Of a stretch of DNA of 64,000 nucleotides, positions 1-9,835 are shown piece after piece. Under the pieces are notes generated by a model, which saw nothing but the letters and a program-made list of their open reading frames with translations, was not told the origin of the DNA and searched no databases. The position numbers and the translations under genes are program-made. Positions within the stretch are counted from its first letter, which is position 1, and each line of letters begins with the position of its first letter. Source of the DNA: Acidimicrobiia bacterium (GTDB lineage: Bacteria > Actinomycetota > Acidimicrobiia > Acidimicrobiales > JANYDT01); assembly GCA_043720395.1 (NCBI GenBank), contig JAYSSR010000073.1:5217-69216 (forward strand), written 5' to 3'.

Positions 1-497
1 CCCCGCAACGAGAAGTTGACCTCGTTGAAACCGTTGCGCTCGCTCACATCCGTACCGAGCAGTTCGAGCTTCCACGACATGCGGTCGGCGAACCGCACGT
101 ACATGTCGAACAGATCCCTTGCGAACAGGTTCGCTTCCTCGCCGCCTTCTGCCCCGCGGATCTCCACAATGACGTTGCGCTGATCGTTGGGGTCCGGCGG
201 CAGGAGGAGGACCTTGAGTTCCTCTTCCAAGATTGGTAAGCGCGCTTCTATTTCAAGAACCTCAGCGCGCATAGCTTCGCGATCTGCACCTTCGGATTCG
301 TCGCCCATCTGCTTCGCGGTCGCGTGATCTTCGATGGCACATGAGTACTCGCGCATCTTCATCACGAGCGGTTCGAGCTGCTTGAACCGCTGGCCGACCA
401 CTCGCAGCTTGTTCGCATCGTTCTGAACGACCGGATCGCTCAGCTCGCCAAGTACCTTCTCGTACTCGGCTTCGAGCCCTGCAAGTCGTTCCAACAC
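1..497 (-). CDS. prfA: Peptide chain release factor 1, N-terminal ~165 aa (rest lies beyond window start)
   Basis: Hand translation from GTG at 497: VLERLAGLEAEYEKVLGELSDP...LLPPDPNDQRNVIVEIRGAEGGEEANLFARDLFDMYVRFADRMSWKLELL. This is the RF1 N-terminal pattern, and the gene lies downstream of rpmE as in actinobacterial synteny. Confidence 0.85.
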   Translation of the reverse strand, partial: MLERLAGLEAEYEKVLGELSDPVVQNDANKLRVVGQRFKQLEPLVMKMREYSCAIEDHATAKQMGDESEGADREAMRAEVLEIEARLPILEEELKVLLLPPDPNDQRNVIVEIRGAEGGEEANLFARDLFDMYVRFADRMSWKLELLGTDVSERNGFNEVNFSLR

Positions 498-537
498 GCC
501 GGAAAGGCTAGTAGCGCGTCGCGGAAGCTTGCGTGCG

Positions 538-1584
538 CTAGAGCGCGAAGTCCTTCCACCCGGGCGCGATGGTAACCAGTCGAGCGTTGTGGACGCGCTC
601 CACGAGGAGTCGCTGCGGGGCGAGCACGTCGGATTCCGACAGGACGATCACCAACTCCGCGTTGGGCGCGTACCATGCACGGGCGTCGGCGGCGAACGTC
701 ACGGTGTCGAGGTCGGACCCGGTGCCGCACGCCACCACGACGTTGCGCCCGAGTGCGATCGCGGGCGTGGCACGTTTGAGTCCTGCGGGTTCGGTGCCCT
801 CGACGGCATCCAGCGCAACGTCGACGCCGACGAGCGACGGATCGTTCACCACGACGTGTCGCATCCACCTTGCGTTCACCAGCTGATTCGCCGGGTGCGG
901 GGCCGCACCCGCGCGGCGATGGTCCTTCACGGACGCAACCGCGTTGCGCAGGGCGACGAGCACGTCGCGATCATGTCCGAGCATCGAGTTGGCGAGGCGA
1001 TCGTGCTTACCGACGCCCACATCGAGGCGCGGCACGCCGTCCTCGCTCGCAACGACTCGGCCGACCTCCAGTCCCCGATACTCCGCGCGAAGGACACCGT
1101 GATCGATGACCGGATCGGCACCGGCGTCGGCAATCACGACGCGGAACAGCTCGACCACGGCGTCGGGCGGGGCGACGGGTTGGAAGGGAATTGGAGCGAT
1201 TTGATGGACAGCGCGGCCGACTGATCGCCAGAGCGTCGGGCCGTTGCCGAACAATGCTGCGCGGCGTGCATCGTTGCCATCGACCGTGTCGACGATGACG
1301 TCGAGATGCGTTCGTTCGTTGCGTGAGGCCCACACGATCGAGCCCCCGAGCCAACCGCGGGGGTTGACATGCTCGGGTGTCTCGTCGACCGATCGGTCCA
1401 TGGGGTCGCGATCACGCGGCGATGGGGACACGAGACACCAGCCATCGCCGGACGTCGGGTCTACGAGCGACGCTCCGCCCGGAAAAGGGCGCGGGGTCAG
1501 CGTCGACGCGTCTCGCCGCCAACCCTCGGCGACGAGCGCACGAAGTTTGGCGGCGAGGAGGGCACTGCGTTGCTCGGGTTCCAT
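538..1584 (-). CDS. Hypothetical protein (348 aa), no family recognised
   Basis: Long ORF filling the rpmE-prfA gap on the same strand as its neighbours. No motif recognised by eye. Confidence 0.55.
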   Translation of the reverse strand: MEPEQRSALLAAKLRALVAEGWRRDASTLTPRPFPGGASLVDPTSGDGWCLVSPSPRDRDPMDRSVDETPEHVNPRGWLGGSIVWASRNERTHLDVIVDTVDGNDARRAALFGNGPTLWRSVGRAVHQIAPIPFQPVAPPDAVVELFRVVIADAGADPVIDHGVLRAEYRGLEVGRVVASEDGVPRLDVGVGKHDRLANSMLGHDRDVLVALRNAVASVKDHRRAGAAPHPANQLVNARWMRHVVVNDPSLVGVDVALDAVEGTEPAGLKRATPAIALGRNVVVACGTGSDLDTVTFAADARAWYAPNAELVIVLSESDVLAPQRLLVERVHNARLVTIAPGWKDFAL

Positions 1585-1635
1585 CAGAGGCTCAGCGGAG
1601 GACCATGGGTCGCGTTGCCCGCAGCGTCGGGAATG

Positions 1636-1848
1636 TCACGCTTTCGTGGCGCGGGTTCCGTAGCGCTTGTTGAACCGGTCGACGCGTCCACCGGTATCGA
1701 CGAGCTTCTGCTTGCCTGTGTAGAAGGGGTGGCACTCGTTGCAGAGTTCCACGACGATGTTCGTGCCCGTCGAGCGGGTCGTGAACGTGTTCCCGCAAGA
1801 GCAGCGCACTGCGGTCTCGTCGTACTTCGGGTGAATTCCAGCCTTCAT
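1636..1848 (-). CDS. rpmE: 50S ribosomal protein L31 (Zn-ribbon C+ form)
   Basis: [22 protein letters not shown]...[13 protein letters not shown] is the L31 signature with CxC/CxxC. Start moved to the internal ATG at 1848 (MKAGIHP) rather than the track start 1887. Confidence 0.93.
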   Translation of the reverse strand: MKAGIHPKYDETAVRCSCGNTFTTRSTGTNIVVELCNECHPFYTGKQKLVDTGGRVDRFNKRYGTRATKA

Positions 1849-2088
1849 GGCGTTCTCGCGTTTTCCGTTGAGCGACACCGGTTCCAACCGGCGTCTTGGG
1901 GACAGGTGAGGTTAGCCGCGATCCGCCGGACTCGCTTCCCTCGTGGCGAGCCATTCCACTTGGTCTCCGGCGGAAAACGTTGGTTTGATGTCGAGCTGCG
2001 GTCCGCTCGTGAGTTGCCGGAGGCCGGGACAGAACAACGATCGAACGGCTCACGCTGACGGAGGACTCCACAAATCTGTCGAGCGGGC

Positions 2089-3009
2089 CTACTGCCACGT
2101 GCTGCTGAGCCTGGCCTTCGAATAGATCATCTCGACGGCTTGGTCGTCGAGCGCGGTCGGTAGGGAATTCAGCCATCCCAACAAGCGAAGCCGTGTGATC
2201 ACTTGCACGTCCGACGGCAATTGCTTCAACGTGAAGGCACCGAGATCAACGAAAACAATGGCGGCAGACGCGCGAACCTCAGTCCCACAGCCAACAGTCA
2301 GCAACTTCGAAGCCCGCTTCGCCTCGAACCGTGCGTTTCGCAGGTAGTCGGTTCGATGTCCGTTGACCATAACCAGGTTTTCGCCGACCCAAGCCTTCGC
2401 GCCAGGGTGGCACTTCGCGTTCAGGGTGATCACGCCGGCCGGCCCAATCACCACGTGGTCGATGTCTGCCCCGTTCACACCGACTTCGACGGCATGCAAC
2501 ACGCGCCACGCTGGACCGAGCTTCGCCAACTCCTTGGCAACCTTTTCCTCACCTTTTGCTCCGACGCGCCAAGCCCGCTCCTCAGTCTTCACGCCGAGCA
2601 AACGGTCGATGAGGTTCATGATCGGCGCTCGTGCGTTGACCTCGTTTCGCTTCGCCCGTGCGGCTGCTCCGGCAATGGTCGCGGCGATATCTCGCGCTGG
2701 TTCCCCAACATTGGCCAGTTCGACGTCCGCTGAGTCCGTTGTCGATTCGTCGTCGGCAGGCGCGCTATCAGACGGCGGCGACGGCGGCAACGGCGGCAAC
2801 GGCGGATCGGCCGCGCACGGCCGCGATTCCTTGTTGTCGGTCCACCGCTGGAGGCAGTCCAGCAGCTCGGCATCGAACCCCGTCACCGTCGGCACGATAG
2901 AACGTGCGACAAGATCCACATGGCCCACATCGGCACCACCGGCGGTACGTAGGTACACGCGGTGCTTGCCGTAACGTTTCCACGATGTCTCGAAGAGGTC
3001 GGCCACCAC
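2089..3009 (-). CDS. NERD (nuclease-related) domain protein with Pro-rich linker
   Basis: The C-terminal half (AKELAKLGPAWRVLHAVEVGVNGADIDHVVIGPAGVITLNAKCH...NGHRTDYLRNARFEAKR) matches the NERD pattern. PPLPPLPPSPPS linker. Confidence 0.75.
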   Translation of the reverse strand: MVADLFETSWKRYGKHRVYLRTAGGADVGHVDLVARSIVPTVTGFDAELLDCLQRWTDNKESRPCAADPPLPPLPPSPPSDSAPADDESTTDSADVELANVGEPARDIAATIAGAAARAKRNEVNARAPIMNLIDRLLGVKTEERAWRVGAKGEEKVAKELAKLGPAWRVLHAVEVGVNGADIDHVVIGPAGVITLNAKCHPGAKAWVGENLVMVNGHRTDYLRNARFEAKRASKLLTVGCGTEVRASAAIVFVDLGAFTLKQLPSDVQVITRLRLLGWLNSLPTALDDQAVEMIYSKARLSSTWQ

Positions 3010-3194
3010 AGTTCATATCGGCCGCAATCCCGCCATTCTTGACCATTCGTAGCCCTGCTCCCACCGCACGCGACCGCGCGAAATATCTCGAATGGCCGTC
3101 ATTGTGATGACGATTCGTCGTCGGCAGGCGCTCCTCGGCGTCGGCTACCTTCCGACCTGGGTGGTTCAACACGACGGTGTCGTCCGAGCTGGTA

Positions 3195-3227
3195 AGAGTC
3201 GTCCGCGCACGCTGCGCGCACGACTCT
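3195..3227 (-). terminator. Strong GC hairpin ~45 nt downstream of the rho stop (possible terminator, no U-tract)
   Basis: agagtcgtccgcgca-cgc-tgcgcgcacgactct: 14 bp stem with one mismatch and a 3-nt loop. It lies between rho and the NERD gene. Confidence 0.35.
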
Positions 3228-3269
3228 CGTCAGCGCCAACGACACCGCCACTAGGCCATCGGGCCCCCG

Positions 3270-5471
3270 CTAATTGACGCCCGGGGCCTTGGCGATTTCG
3301 CCGAGGAACTCGGAGTTGGTGCGGGTGGTTTTGATGCGGTCCATGAGCAGTTCGAGAGCCTTGGCGGCTGAACCGTCCTCGGCGAGGCCCTGCAACACGC
3401 GCCGCAGCTTCCACACGATCTCCAACTCGGCCTTCTCGAAGAGCAACTCTTCGTGGCGCGTCGAAGACTCGTTCACGTTGATCGCCGGATACACGCGCTT
3501 CTCGGCGAGACGCCGGTCGAGGCGCAGTTCCATGTTGCCCGTGCCTTTGAACTCCTCGAAGATGACCGTGTCCATCGTGGAACCGGTCTCGACAAGGGCC
3601 GTGGCAAGGATCGTGAGCGAGCCACCCTCCTCGATATTGCGGGCTGCGCCGAAGAACTTCTTGGGCGGATAAAGCGCCCCGGTATCGATACCGCCGGACA
3701 TGATGCGACCGGTGCCGGGACCCGCTGCAAGGTTGTACGCACGAGCAAGGCGTGTAATGCCGTCGAGGATGATCACAACGTCGCGACCTTCCTCGACCAG
3801 ACGCTTTGCTCGCTCCAAGGCAAGCTCTGCGATCATCGTGTGCTCATCGCTCGGCTTGTCGAACGTGGAAGCCACGACCTCGCCCCGCACGTGGCGTCGC
3901 ATGTCGGTGACTTCTTCCGGACGCTCGTCGATCAGCAGCACCATGAGGTGCACGTTCGGATTGTTGCCCTCGATCGATGACGCAATCTGCTTCATGATCG
4001 TTGTCTTGCCGGCTTTGGGCGGTGACACGATGAGACCACGCTGGCCCTTACCGATCGGGGCGACGAGATCGATGATGCGGGCAACCATATTGGTCGACTG
4101 ACCGGGCTGCTCCAGGCGAAGTTTTACGTCGGGGAACAGTGGCGTGAGGTCCTCGAACTTCGGACGTAACAGCGCAACCTCAACGGTGTGCCCATTGACC
4201 TTGTCGACGCTGACAATCGCCGGGAATTTCTCCTGGGCTGTCGCGGGACGATGCTGTCCTGACACAACGTCGCCTTTGCGGAGCCCGTACTGCTTCACTT
4301 TGTTCACCGGCACATAAACGTCGTTGGGCGAGGGCAGATAGCCCTTTGCCCGCACATAGCCATAGCCCGAATCGGAGAGGTCGAGCAAGCCTTCAATCGT
4401 GATCAATTCGCCGGTGTAGGTCTCGCTGATTCGATCGGCCACGGCGTCTTGTCCGGGCGTGACGAGACGTTCCTTGTCACGACCGCGGCGACGTCGGTTG
4501 CGACGTCCGCTCGGGTCATTGTCGAAAGCCAACGAGTCGTTGAACGACGGGCGATTCTGCCGATCGCCCCCTTGGCCACCCCCGCCCGAACGATCCGGGC
4601 GCTGGTATTTCTCGGGACGCTCATACTTCGCTGGACGTTCCGTCCTCTCCCCTTGCTGCTGACCACCCTGCTGCTGACCACCCTGCTGCTGACCACCCTG
4701 CGGCTGACCACCTTGCGGCTGCCCAGCTTGCGGCTGACCACCGAATCCCGTCGTGCCCGTACCGGTCTGCCCGGTCGTCGAGGGCGCTCCACCTTGTCCC
4801 GACTGCCCCGACTGCCCGCCAGCGTCCCGGTCACGGAATCGATCTCGATCTCGGTCGCGCCGACTGCGACGCGCCACATAATCCTCGCTACCACCCTCAC
4901 GAAGCTCCGGCGGGGTCGCCACGGGCTTCGGGGCTTCTGACGCCTCCTCGCGGGTTGGCGTCGACGCTGGCTTGGCCGCAGCGAACGCCCACTCATCTTC
5001 GTCGGGGTCGCTCGACGGGCTAGACGCAGCATCGTCGGCCTCGGCGAACGGATCGAACAGCGAAGCTCGAGGTGCACGGCGGGGTTCATTGCGCCCGCGT
5101 CCGCCAAAACCACCGTTGCTGGACCCTTGCGTGGGCTGCGACTCGGCCGCGACCGAAGCGGCGGACTCGAAGCCACCCGACGAGTTCGCGTCCGGTTCAC
5201 TGGCCACCGACTCGGCCACGGCACCCTCAACCGCTGTGCCTTCCTCGACTCGAGCCTTCGGACGTCCCCGCGGCACCCGCGGCACCCGCGGTGCTGTTGG
5301 TGCCGAAGCCGCTGCGTCGTCAATGCCAACACCGGCCGCCCGCATGATCTGCTCGATCACTGTGTCTTTCTTGGCCCGCGGGCTCGGTTTCAGTCCGAGT
5401 GCGCCGGCGATTGCGGCGAGTTCGTCACGTTCTTTTCCTTCGAGGAAGGAACGCTCGAGGGTATCTGCCAT
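3270..5471 (-). CDS. rho: Transcription termination factor Rho with ~300-aa hydrophilic N-terminal insertion
   Basis: 733 aa. The C-terminal half has the Rho RNA-binding and ATPase cores ([50 protein letters not shown]). Synteny is thrC-rho-rpmE. Confidence 0.95.
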   Translation of the reverse strand: MADTLERSFLEGKERDELAAIAGALGLKPSPRAKKDTVIEQIMRAAGVGIDDAAASAPTAPRVPRVPRGRPKARVEEGTAVEGAVAESVASEPDANSSGGFESAASVAAESQPTQGSSNGGFGGRGRNEPRRAPRASLFDPFAEADDAASSPSSDPDEDEWAFAAAKPASTPTREEASEAPKPVATPPELREGGSEDYVARRSRRDRDRDRFRDRDAGGQSGQSGQGGAPSTTGQTGTGTTGFGGQPQAGQPQGGQPQGGQQQGGQQQGGQQQGERTERPAKYERPEKYQRPDRSGGGGQGGDRQNRPSFNDSLAFDNDPSGRRNRRRRGRDKERLVTPGQDAVADRISETYTGELITIEGLLDLSDSGYGYVRAKGYLPSPNDVYVPVNKVKQYGLRKGDVVSGQHRPATAQEKFPAIVSVDKVNGHTVEVALLRPKFEDLTPLFPDVKLRLEQPGQSTNMVARIIDLVAPIGKGQRGLIVSPPKAGKTTIMKQIASSIEGNNPNVHLMVLLIDERPEEVTDMRRHVRGEVVASTFDKPSDEHTMIAELALERAKRLVEEGRDVVIILDGITRLARAYNLAAGPGTGRIMSGGIDTGALYPPKKFFGAARNIEEGGSLTILATALVETGSTMDTVIFEEFKGTGNMELRLDRRLAEKRVYPAINVNESSTRHEELLFEKAELEIVWKLRRVLQGLAEDGSAAKALELLMDRIKTTRTNSEFLGEIAKAPGVN
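4653..4742 (-). repeat. Six tandem 15-bp units inside rho encoding GGQ(Q/P)Q pentapeptide repeats
   Basis: Units ttgctgctgaccacc / ctgctgctgaccacc x2 / ctgcggctgaccacc / ttgcggctgcccagc / ttgcggctgaccacc, read directly. They encode [30 protein letters not shown]. Confidence 0.9.
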
Positions 5472-5785
5472 GGTGGGGCCTCCGCGGGCTCGTTCGCCCG
5501 TGTCAAAATTGGGGGGTGGCTCGACGCAAGAAGCGGCTCCGGTCGCCGGGCTACGCCTGTCGACCGTGCGGCGTCGATTCCGTGCGGGCTCCGTGAGGGC
5601 CGACCGGGAACTATCGAATCCGCTGCGCCCCGGTTCAGACTCGCACCACGGAACTCGGAAGCGGTACTCCGTTCAAGGAGGAACCGATCCGCCCGCGCGG
5701 TAATTCGCCTTCGCATCGAGGGGCGCTCAGCACGCCAGACGCACCGAACGGGAGAACCCTAGCGACAGACTCGCGAAAGAGCAAG
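5472..5785 (-). promoter_or_regulatory. 314-bp non-coding spacer upstream of rho (promoter and long 5' leader)
   Basis: No credible ORF. GGAGG lies 7 nt upstream of the rho ATG. This spacer occupies the position where thrB sits in Mycobacterium. Confidence 0.4.
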
Positions 5786-7225
5786 TCACCTGTTGGTGAC
5801 AGCCACAATGCGTGCCTTCACCGCATCGACATCGTTGTCGATCACGTCGACACGTTGTGGCCGCTCTTCGATCCCGATGACGTTGGCAGGTCGGTGGGGT
5901 TCCGTGCCGAGCGCCTCCACGATCGTTTCCCCGAACTTCACGGGCAGCGCCGTTTCGAGGCAGAGAATCGTGGTGCCGACGGGCAACGCGGCACGGTGCT
6001 CGAGAGCAATCTTGACGCCATCGGCCGTGTGGGTATCAATGACCCGACCGGTCCGTTCGTGCACGGAGCGGATGGTGGCGAGCCGATCGGCATGGGTGCT
6101 GGTGCCCGAAACGAAGCCCTGATCCGACATCGCCCGACGCTCGTCGGAACCGATGAGGTCGAAACCGCCCGCCGCAACCTCCCGATAGAGCTCCGCTGTA
6201 CGTTTCGCGTCGCGTCCGGTGAGGTCGAACACGAACCGCTCAAAGTTCGACGCCTTCGAGATATCCATGCTCGGGCTCGACGTGTGGTGCACATTCTCCG
6301 AGGGACGCGGCCGATAGACGCCTGTGCGGAAGAACTCGTTGAGCACATCGTTCTCGTTGGTCGCGAGGATCAGACGCTCGATCGGCAGGCCCATCCGCCG
6401 CGCGACATGACCCGCGAAGATGTTCCCGAAGTTGCCGCTCGGTACGGCGAACGCCACCCTCTCCGCTCCGTTCGCCTTCGCCGCGAAGTAGCCCTTGAAG
6501 TAGTACACGACCTGCGCGACAACCCGAGCCCAATTGATCGAATTGACGGAGCCGATGCGGTACTTCGCTTTGAAATCGGCGTCCTCGCTGACCGCTTTGA
6601 CGAGGTCCTGGCAGTCGTCGAACACGCCGCGCACGGCAAGGTTCACGATGTTGTCGTCGAGAACCGAGAACATCTGGGCGGCCTGAAACTTCGACGTGCG
6701 CTGGTACGGCGAGAGCATGAACACGCGGATACGCGGCTTGCTGCGCATCGCGAAGATCGCCGCGCCGCCCGTGTCGCCGCTTGTCGCGCCGAGCACGTTC
6801 AGTTCGTCGCCGGACTTCTCGAGGACGTAAGGGAACAGGTTGCCGAGCAGTTGCATTGCGACGTCTTTGAACGCGAGACTCGGACCGTTGCTCAGGCGCA
6901 GGAGCGCGAGGTTTTCGAAAAGCGGTTCGACGGGTGTGATGTCGTCAGTCCCGAACGCCGCGGCCGTGTAGGTGCGGTCGATGATGTCGCGGAGATCGTC
7001 GGGGGGGATGTCGGTCGCGAAACGTCCGATGATCTCGAACGCGAGCTCGCGGTAGCAGCAAAGACGCAAGGCTTCGAGCTCCCCGGCAGTGAGCACCGGA
7101 TAGCGCTCCGGTACAACAAGTCCACCATCGGGGGCGAGACCTTCGAGGAGGATTTCAGTGAAGGGACGCGGGTCCATGCCGCCGCGGGTCGAGATGTAGA
7201 GCATCGGCGGGTGAGCCACGGTCAT
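5786..7225 (-). CDS. thrC: Threonine synthase
   Basis: MLYISTRGG..., SLAFKDVAMQLLG (PLP lysine motif), ATSGDTGGAA. The start overlaps the hom stop as ATGA. Confidence 0.93.
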   Translation of the reverse strand: MTVAHPPMLYISTRGGMDPRPFTEILLEGLAPDGGLVVPERYPVLTAGELEALRLCCYRELAFEIIGRFATDIPPDDLRDIIDRTYTAAAFGTDDITPVEPLFENLALLRLSNGPSLAFKDVAMQLLGNLFPYVLEKSGDELNVLGATSGDTGGAAIFAMRSKPRIRVFMLSPYQRTSKFQAAQMFSVLDDNIVNLAVRGVFDDCQDLVKAVSEDADFKAKYRIGSVNSINWARVVAQVVYYFKGYFAAKANGAERVAFAVPSGNFGNIFAGHVARRMGLPIERLILATNENDVLNEFFRTGVYRPRPSENVHHTSSPSMDISKASNFERFVFDLTGRDAKRTAELYREVAAGGFDLIGSDERRAMSDQGFVSGTSTHADRLATIRSVHERTGRVIDTHTADGVKIALEHRAALPVGTTILCLETALPVKFGETIVEALGTEPHRPANVIGIEERPQRVDVIDNDVDAVKARIVAVTNR

Positions 7226-8514
7226 GCCCCGAAGATCACGCGCAGCACCGAGTTCACACGATCCACGACAGGGAGCCGGCGCAGGTCAGCGAGGCACGCC
7301 TGGATGTCGCGCTCGACCGCATTGTGTGTGATGAACACTATGCGCGCTTCCTTTCCGAGGCCCTCCTGCTCCATCGATCGGATCGACACCTTATGGCTCC
7401 CGAAGACGTTGGCCACGGCCGCGAGCACGCCCGGCTGATCGGCAACTTCAATGTTCAGGTAGTACTCGGAGCTGGTGTCCTCGATGGGCGCGAACCGTGC
7501 CGGAGCGAACGTACCGATCGATGCGTGCGTGTTCTTGCGAAGGTTGACGGCCGCGTCGACCAGGTCGCCGAGCACTGCGCTTGCGGTTGGCGAACCTCCG
7601 GCACCGCGCCCGTAGAACATCAGGGACCCGACCGATCGACCCTCCACGAACACGGCGTTGTACGAGCCGCTGACGTTGGCAAGTGGATGGTTCTTCGGCA
7701 GCATTGTGGGGTGTACCCGCACGCTCACGAGGTCGTCGAACTCCTCGGCGACGGCTAGGAGCTTGATCACAAAACCGAGTTTGGTGGCGTATTCCACGTC
7801 TGCCGCAGTGACGGTGCTGATGCCTTCGCGGTGCACGTCGCCAGCGACCACTCGCTTGCCGAACGCGATCGAAGCGAGGATCGCGGCCTTCGCCGCGGCG
7901 TCGAAACCTTCCACATCCGCAGTTGGATCGCTCTCCGCGAAACCGAGGCCCTGCGCCTCCGAAAGCGCATCGCCGTAGGTCGAGCCGCCATCGGTCATGC
8001 GGCTCAGGATGTAGTTCGTGGTGCCGTTCACGATGCCCATGAGACGGAAGATGTCCTCGCCGACAAGCGATTCACGCAGCGGCCGGATGAGCGGGATGCC
8101 GCCGCCAACCGCTGCCTCGAAGAGCAGATCGACGCCCGCGGCGTCGGCGGCTGCGCACAGCTCCGTACCGACGTTCGCGAGCAATTCCTTGTTGCCGGTC
8201 ACTACGGGCTTGCCGTGCTTGATCGCCTCAAGGACGAGCGCGCGAGCGGGTTCGATGCCGCCGATCAGTTCCACAACGAGGTCGACATCGGGGCTAGTAA
8301 CGACCTCGAACGGGTCGTGCGTGAGAAGTGCGGCGTCGATACCCGGGCGCTCCTTCGACGTGTTGCGCACTGCGACCTTGGTGACAACCAGCTCGATGCC
8401 GGTGCGTTCTGCAATGGCTGCACAACGCTCGCCGATCAGCTGTACGAGCGGTGCGCCGACGTTGCCGCAGCCGAGCACGCCGACGCGCACGACCGATGAA
8501 TCAGGTGAAGCCAT
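7222..8514 (-). CDS. hom: Homoserine dehydrogenase with C-terminal ACT domain
   Basis: VRVGVLGCGNVGAP Rossmann motif, a central catalytic region and an ACT-like tail. Start placed at MASPDSS (8514) so it does not overlap lysA. Confidence 0.9.
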   Translation of the reverse strand: MASPDSSVVRVGVLGCGNVGAPLVQLIGERCAAIAERTGIELVVTKVAVRNTSKERPGIDAALLTHDPFEVVTSPDVDLVVELIGGIEPARALVLEAIKHGKPVVTGNKELLANVGTELCAAADAAGVDLLFEAAVGGGIPLIRPLRESLVGEDIFRLMGIVNGTTNYILSRMTDGGSTYGDALSEAQGLGFAESDPTADVEGFDAAAKAAILASIAFGKRVVAGDVHREGISTVTAADVEYATKLGFVIKLLAVAEEFDDLVSVRVHPTMLPKNHPLANVSGSYNAVFVEGRSVGSLMFYGRGAGGSPTASAVLGDLVDAAVNLRKNTHASIGTFAPARFAPIEDTSSEYYLNIEVADQPGVLAAVANVFGSHKVSIRSMEQEGLGKEARIVFITHNAVERDIQACLADLRRLPVVDRVNSVLRVIFGA

Positions 8515-8542
8515 AGCGGTCAAGGCTACCGGGCGAGGCTCT

Positions 8543-9829
8543 TCAGAAGATGTCGTTGCGGAGGAGATCCTCGTAGCTCTCACGGCGGACCACGACACGG
8601 GAGCGTCCGGCGTTGACGAACACGACGGCCGGCCTTGGCAGCTTGTTGTAGTTGGACGCCATCGCGTAGCCGTAGGCGCCGGTCACGGGCGTGCAGAGAA
8701 TGTCGCCGACGCGGATGTCATCAGGCACCCACGCCGCGCGGACGAGGATGTCGCCCGTCTCGCAGTGCTTGCCGACGATTCGAACGGGCTTCGGACGCTC
8801 GGCAGCGGCGGCTCGGGGAAGGAACGCTTCGTAGCCGGCGTCGTAGAGCGCGGGACGCGGGTTGTCGCTCATGCCACCGTCGACCGATACGTAGGTGCGG
8901 ATGTCCGGCAAATCCTTGATCGTGCCGACCCGGTACAAGGTAAGTCCACCGGTGGCGACAATTGCGCGGCCGGGCTCAGCACTGAGCCTCACGGCCGACG
9001 ACACGCCAAATCGGGCGGCAGCCGCCTTGACACCGGCACCCCACTCGCCGATCGAGGGAGCGCTCTCGTCATTGAGATACGCGACCCCCAGTCCCCCACC
9101 AATCACCAGTTCCGGCAGCCCCAGTGGATTGAAGAACGCGGCAAGGATTTCCACGATCTTCTCGTAGGAGTCGGTCGAGAACACCTGGCTCCCCACATGT
9201 GCATGCAGACCGACGAGATCGATGCCGGAGTCCGCCTGACGGCATCGCAGCACCGCTTCCATCGCCGCGCCACTCTTGATCGAGAAGCCGAATTTCACGT
9301 CCTCGTGGCCGGTCGAGATGAACTCGTGGCTGTGCGCTTCGACGCCGGGAGTCAAGCGCAGCAACACCTTCGGCTTGTCGTGCCCGAAATTTGCCAGGCG
9401 ACGGAGGCGCTCCAGCTCGTCGAACGAATCGACGACGATGCGACCGATCTTGTGTTCCAGCGCATACGTCAGTTCGGCGGTCGACTTGTTGTTGCCGTGG
9501 AATACCATCCGCTCGGGTGGCACACCGGCACGGAGTGCGACGAACGCCTCACCCGCAGACGCTACGTCGAGGTGCATACCCTCCTCATTCGCGAGCTGCG
9601 CCATTGCCGCACACAGAAAGGCCTTCGAGGCGTACGCAACACCGTGACCGAACGTGAACACGGCGTCCTGGCAGCGTCGCCGGAGGTGGTACTCGTCGTA
9701 GAGGAAGAGCGGGGTGCCGTGCTCCTCCGCGAGCGCACACACGTCGAGCCCGCCGATCAGCAGGCGACCGGTGTCGGTCGCGAACTCCGCGGTCGACGGC
9801 AGGAGATGAGTACCAATCGGGCCGGCCAC
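8543..9829 (-). CDS. lysA: Diaminopimelate decarboxylase
   Basis: Fold-III PLP decarboxylase pattern (YASKAF, HVGSQ, CETGD, GAYGYAMASNYN). Synteny is argS-lysA-hom. Confidence 0.93.
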   Translation of the reverse strand: MAGPIGTHLLPSTAEFATDTGRLLIGGLDVCALAEEHGTPLFLYDEYHLRRRCQDAVFTFGHGVAYASKAFLCAAMAQLANEEGMHLDVASAGEAFVALRAGVPPERMVFHGNNKSTAELTYALEHKIGRIVVDSFDELERLRRLANFGHDKPKVLLRLTPGVEAHSHEFISTGHEDVKFGFSIKSGAAMEAVLRCRQADSGIDLVGLHAHVGSQVFSTDSYEKIVEILAAFFNPLGLPELVIGGGLGVAYLNDESAPSIGEWGAGVKAAAARFGVSSAVRLSAEPGRAIVATGGLTLYRVGTIKDLPDIRTYVSVDGGMSDNPRPALYDAGYEAFLPRAAAAERPKPVRIVGKHCETGDILVRAAWVPDDIRVGDILCTPVTGAYGYAMASNYNKLPRPAVVFVNAGRSRVVVRRESYEDLLRNDIF

Positions 9830-9835
9830 GATTGC

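Noticed and set aside
1849-2088. The 240-bp region upstream of rpmE, and the regions upstream of argS, lysA and ilvD, as riboswitch, T-box or r-protein leader elements.
   Set aside because: I recognised no conserved riboswitch or T-box core sequences (specifier/T-box motif, lysine or SAM elements). Only generic GC hairpins are present.
4653-4742. Whether any tandem-repeat array (rho, tadG, ferredoxin, 12805-12837) could be a CRISPR array.
   Set aside because: The units are 9-21 bp and directly abutting with no spacers. Most are in frame inside coding sequence, and no cas genes are present.
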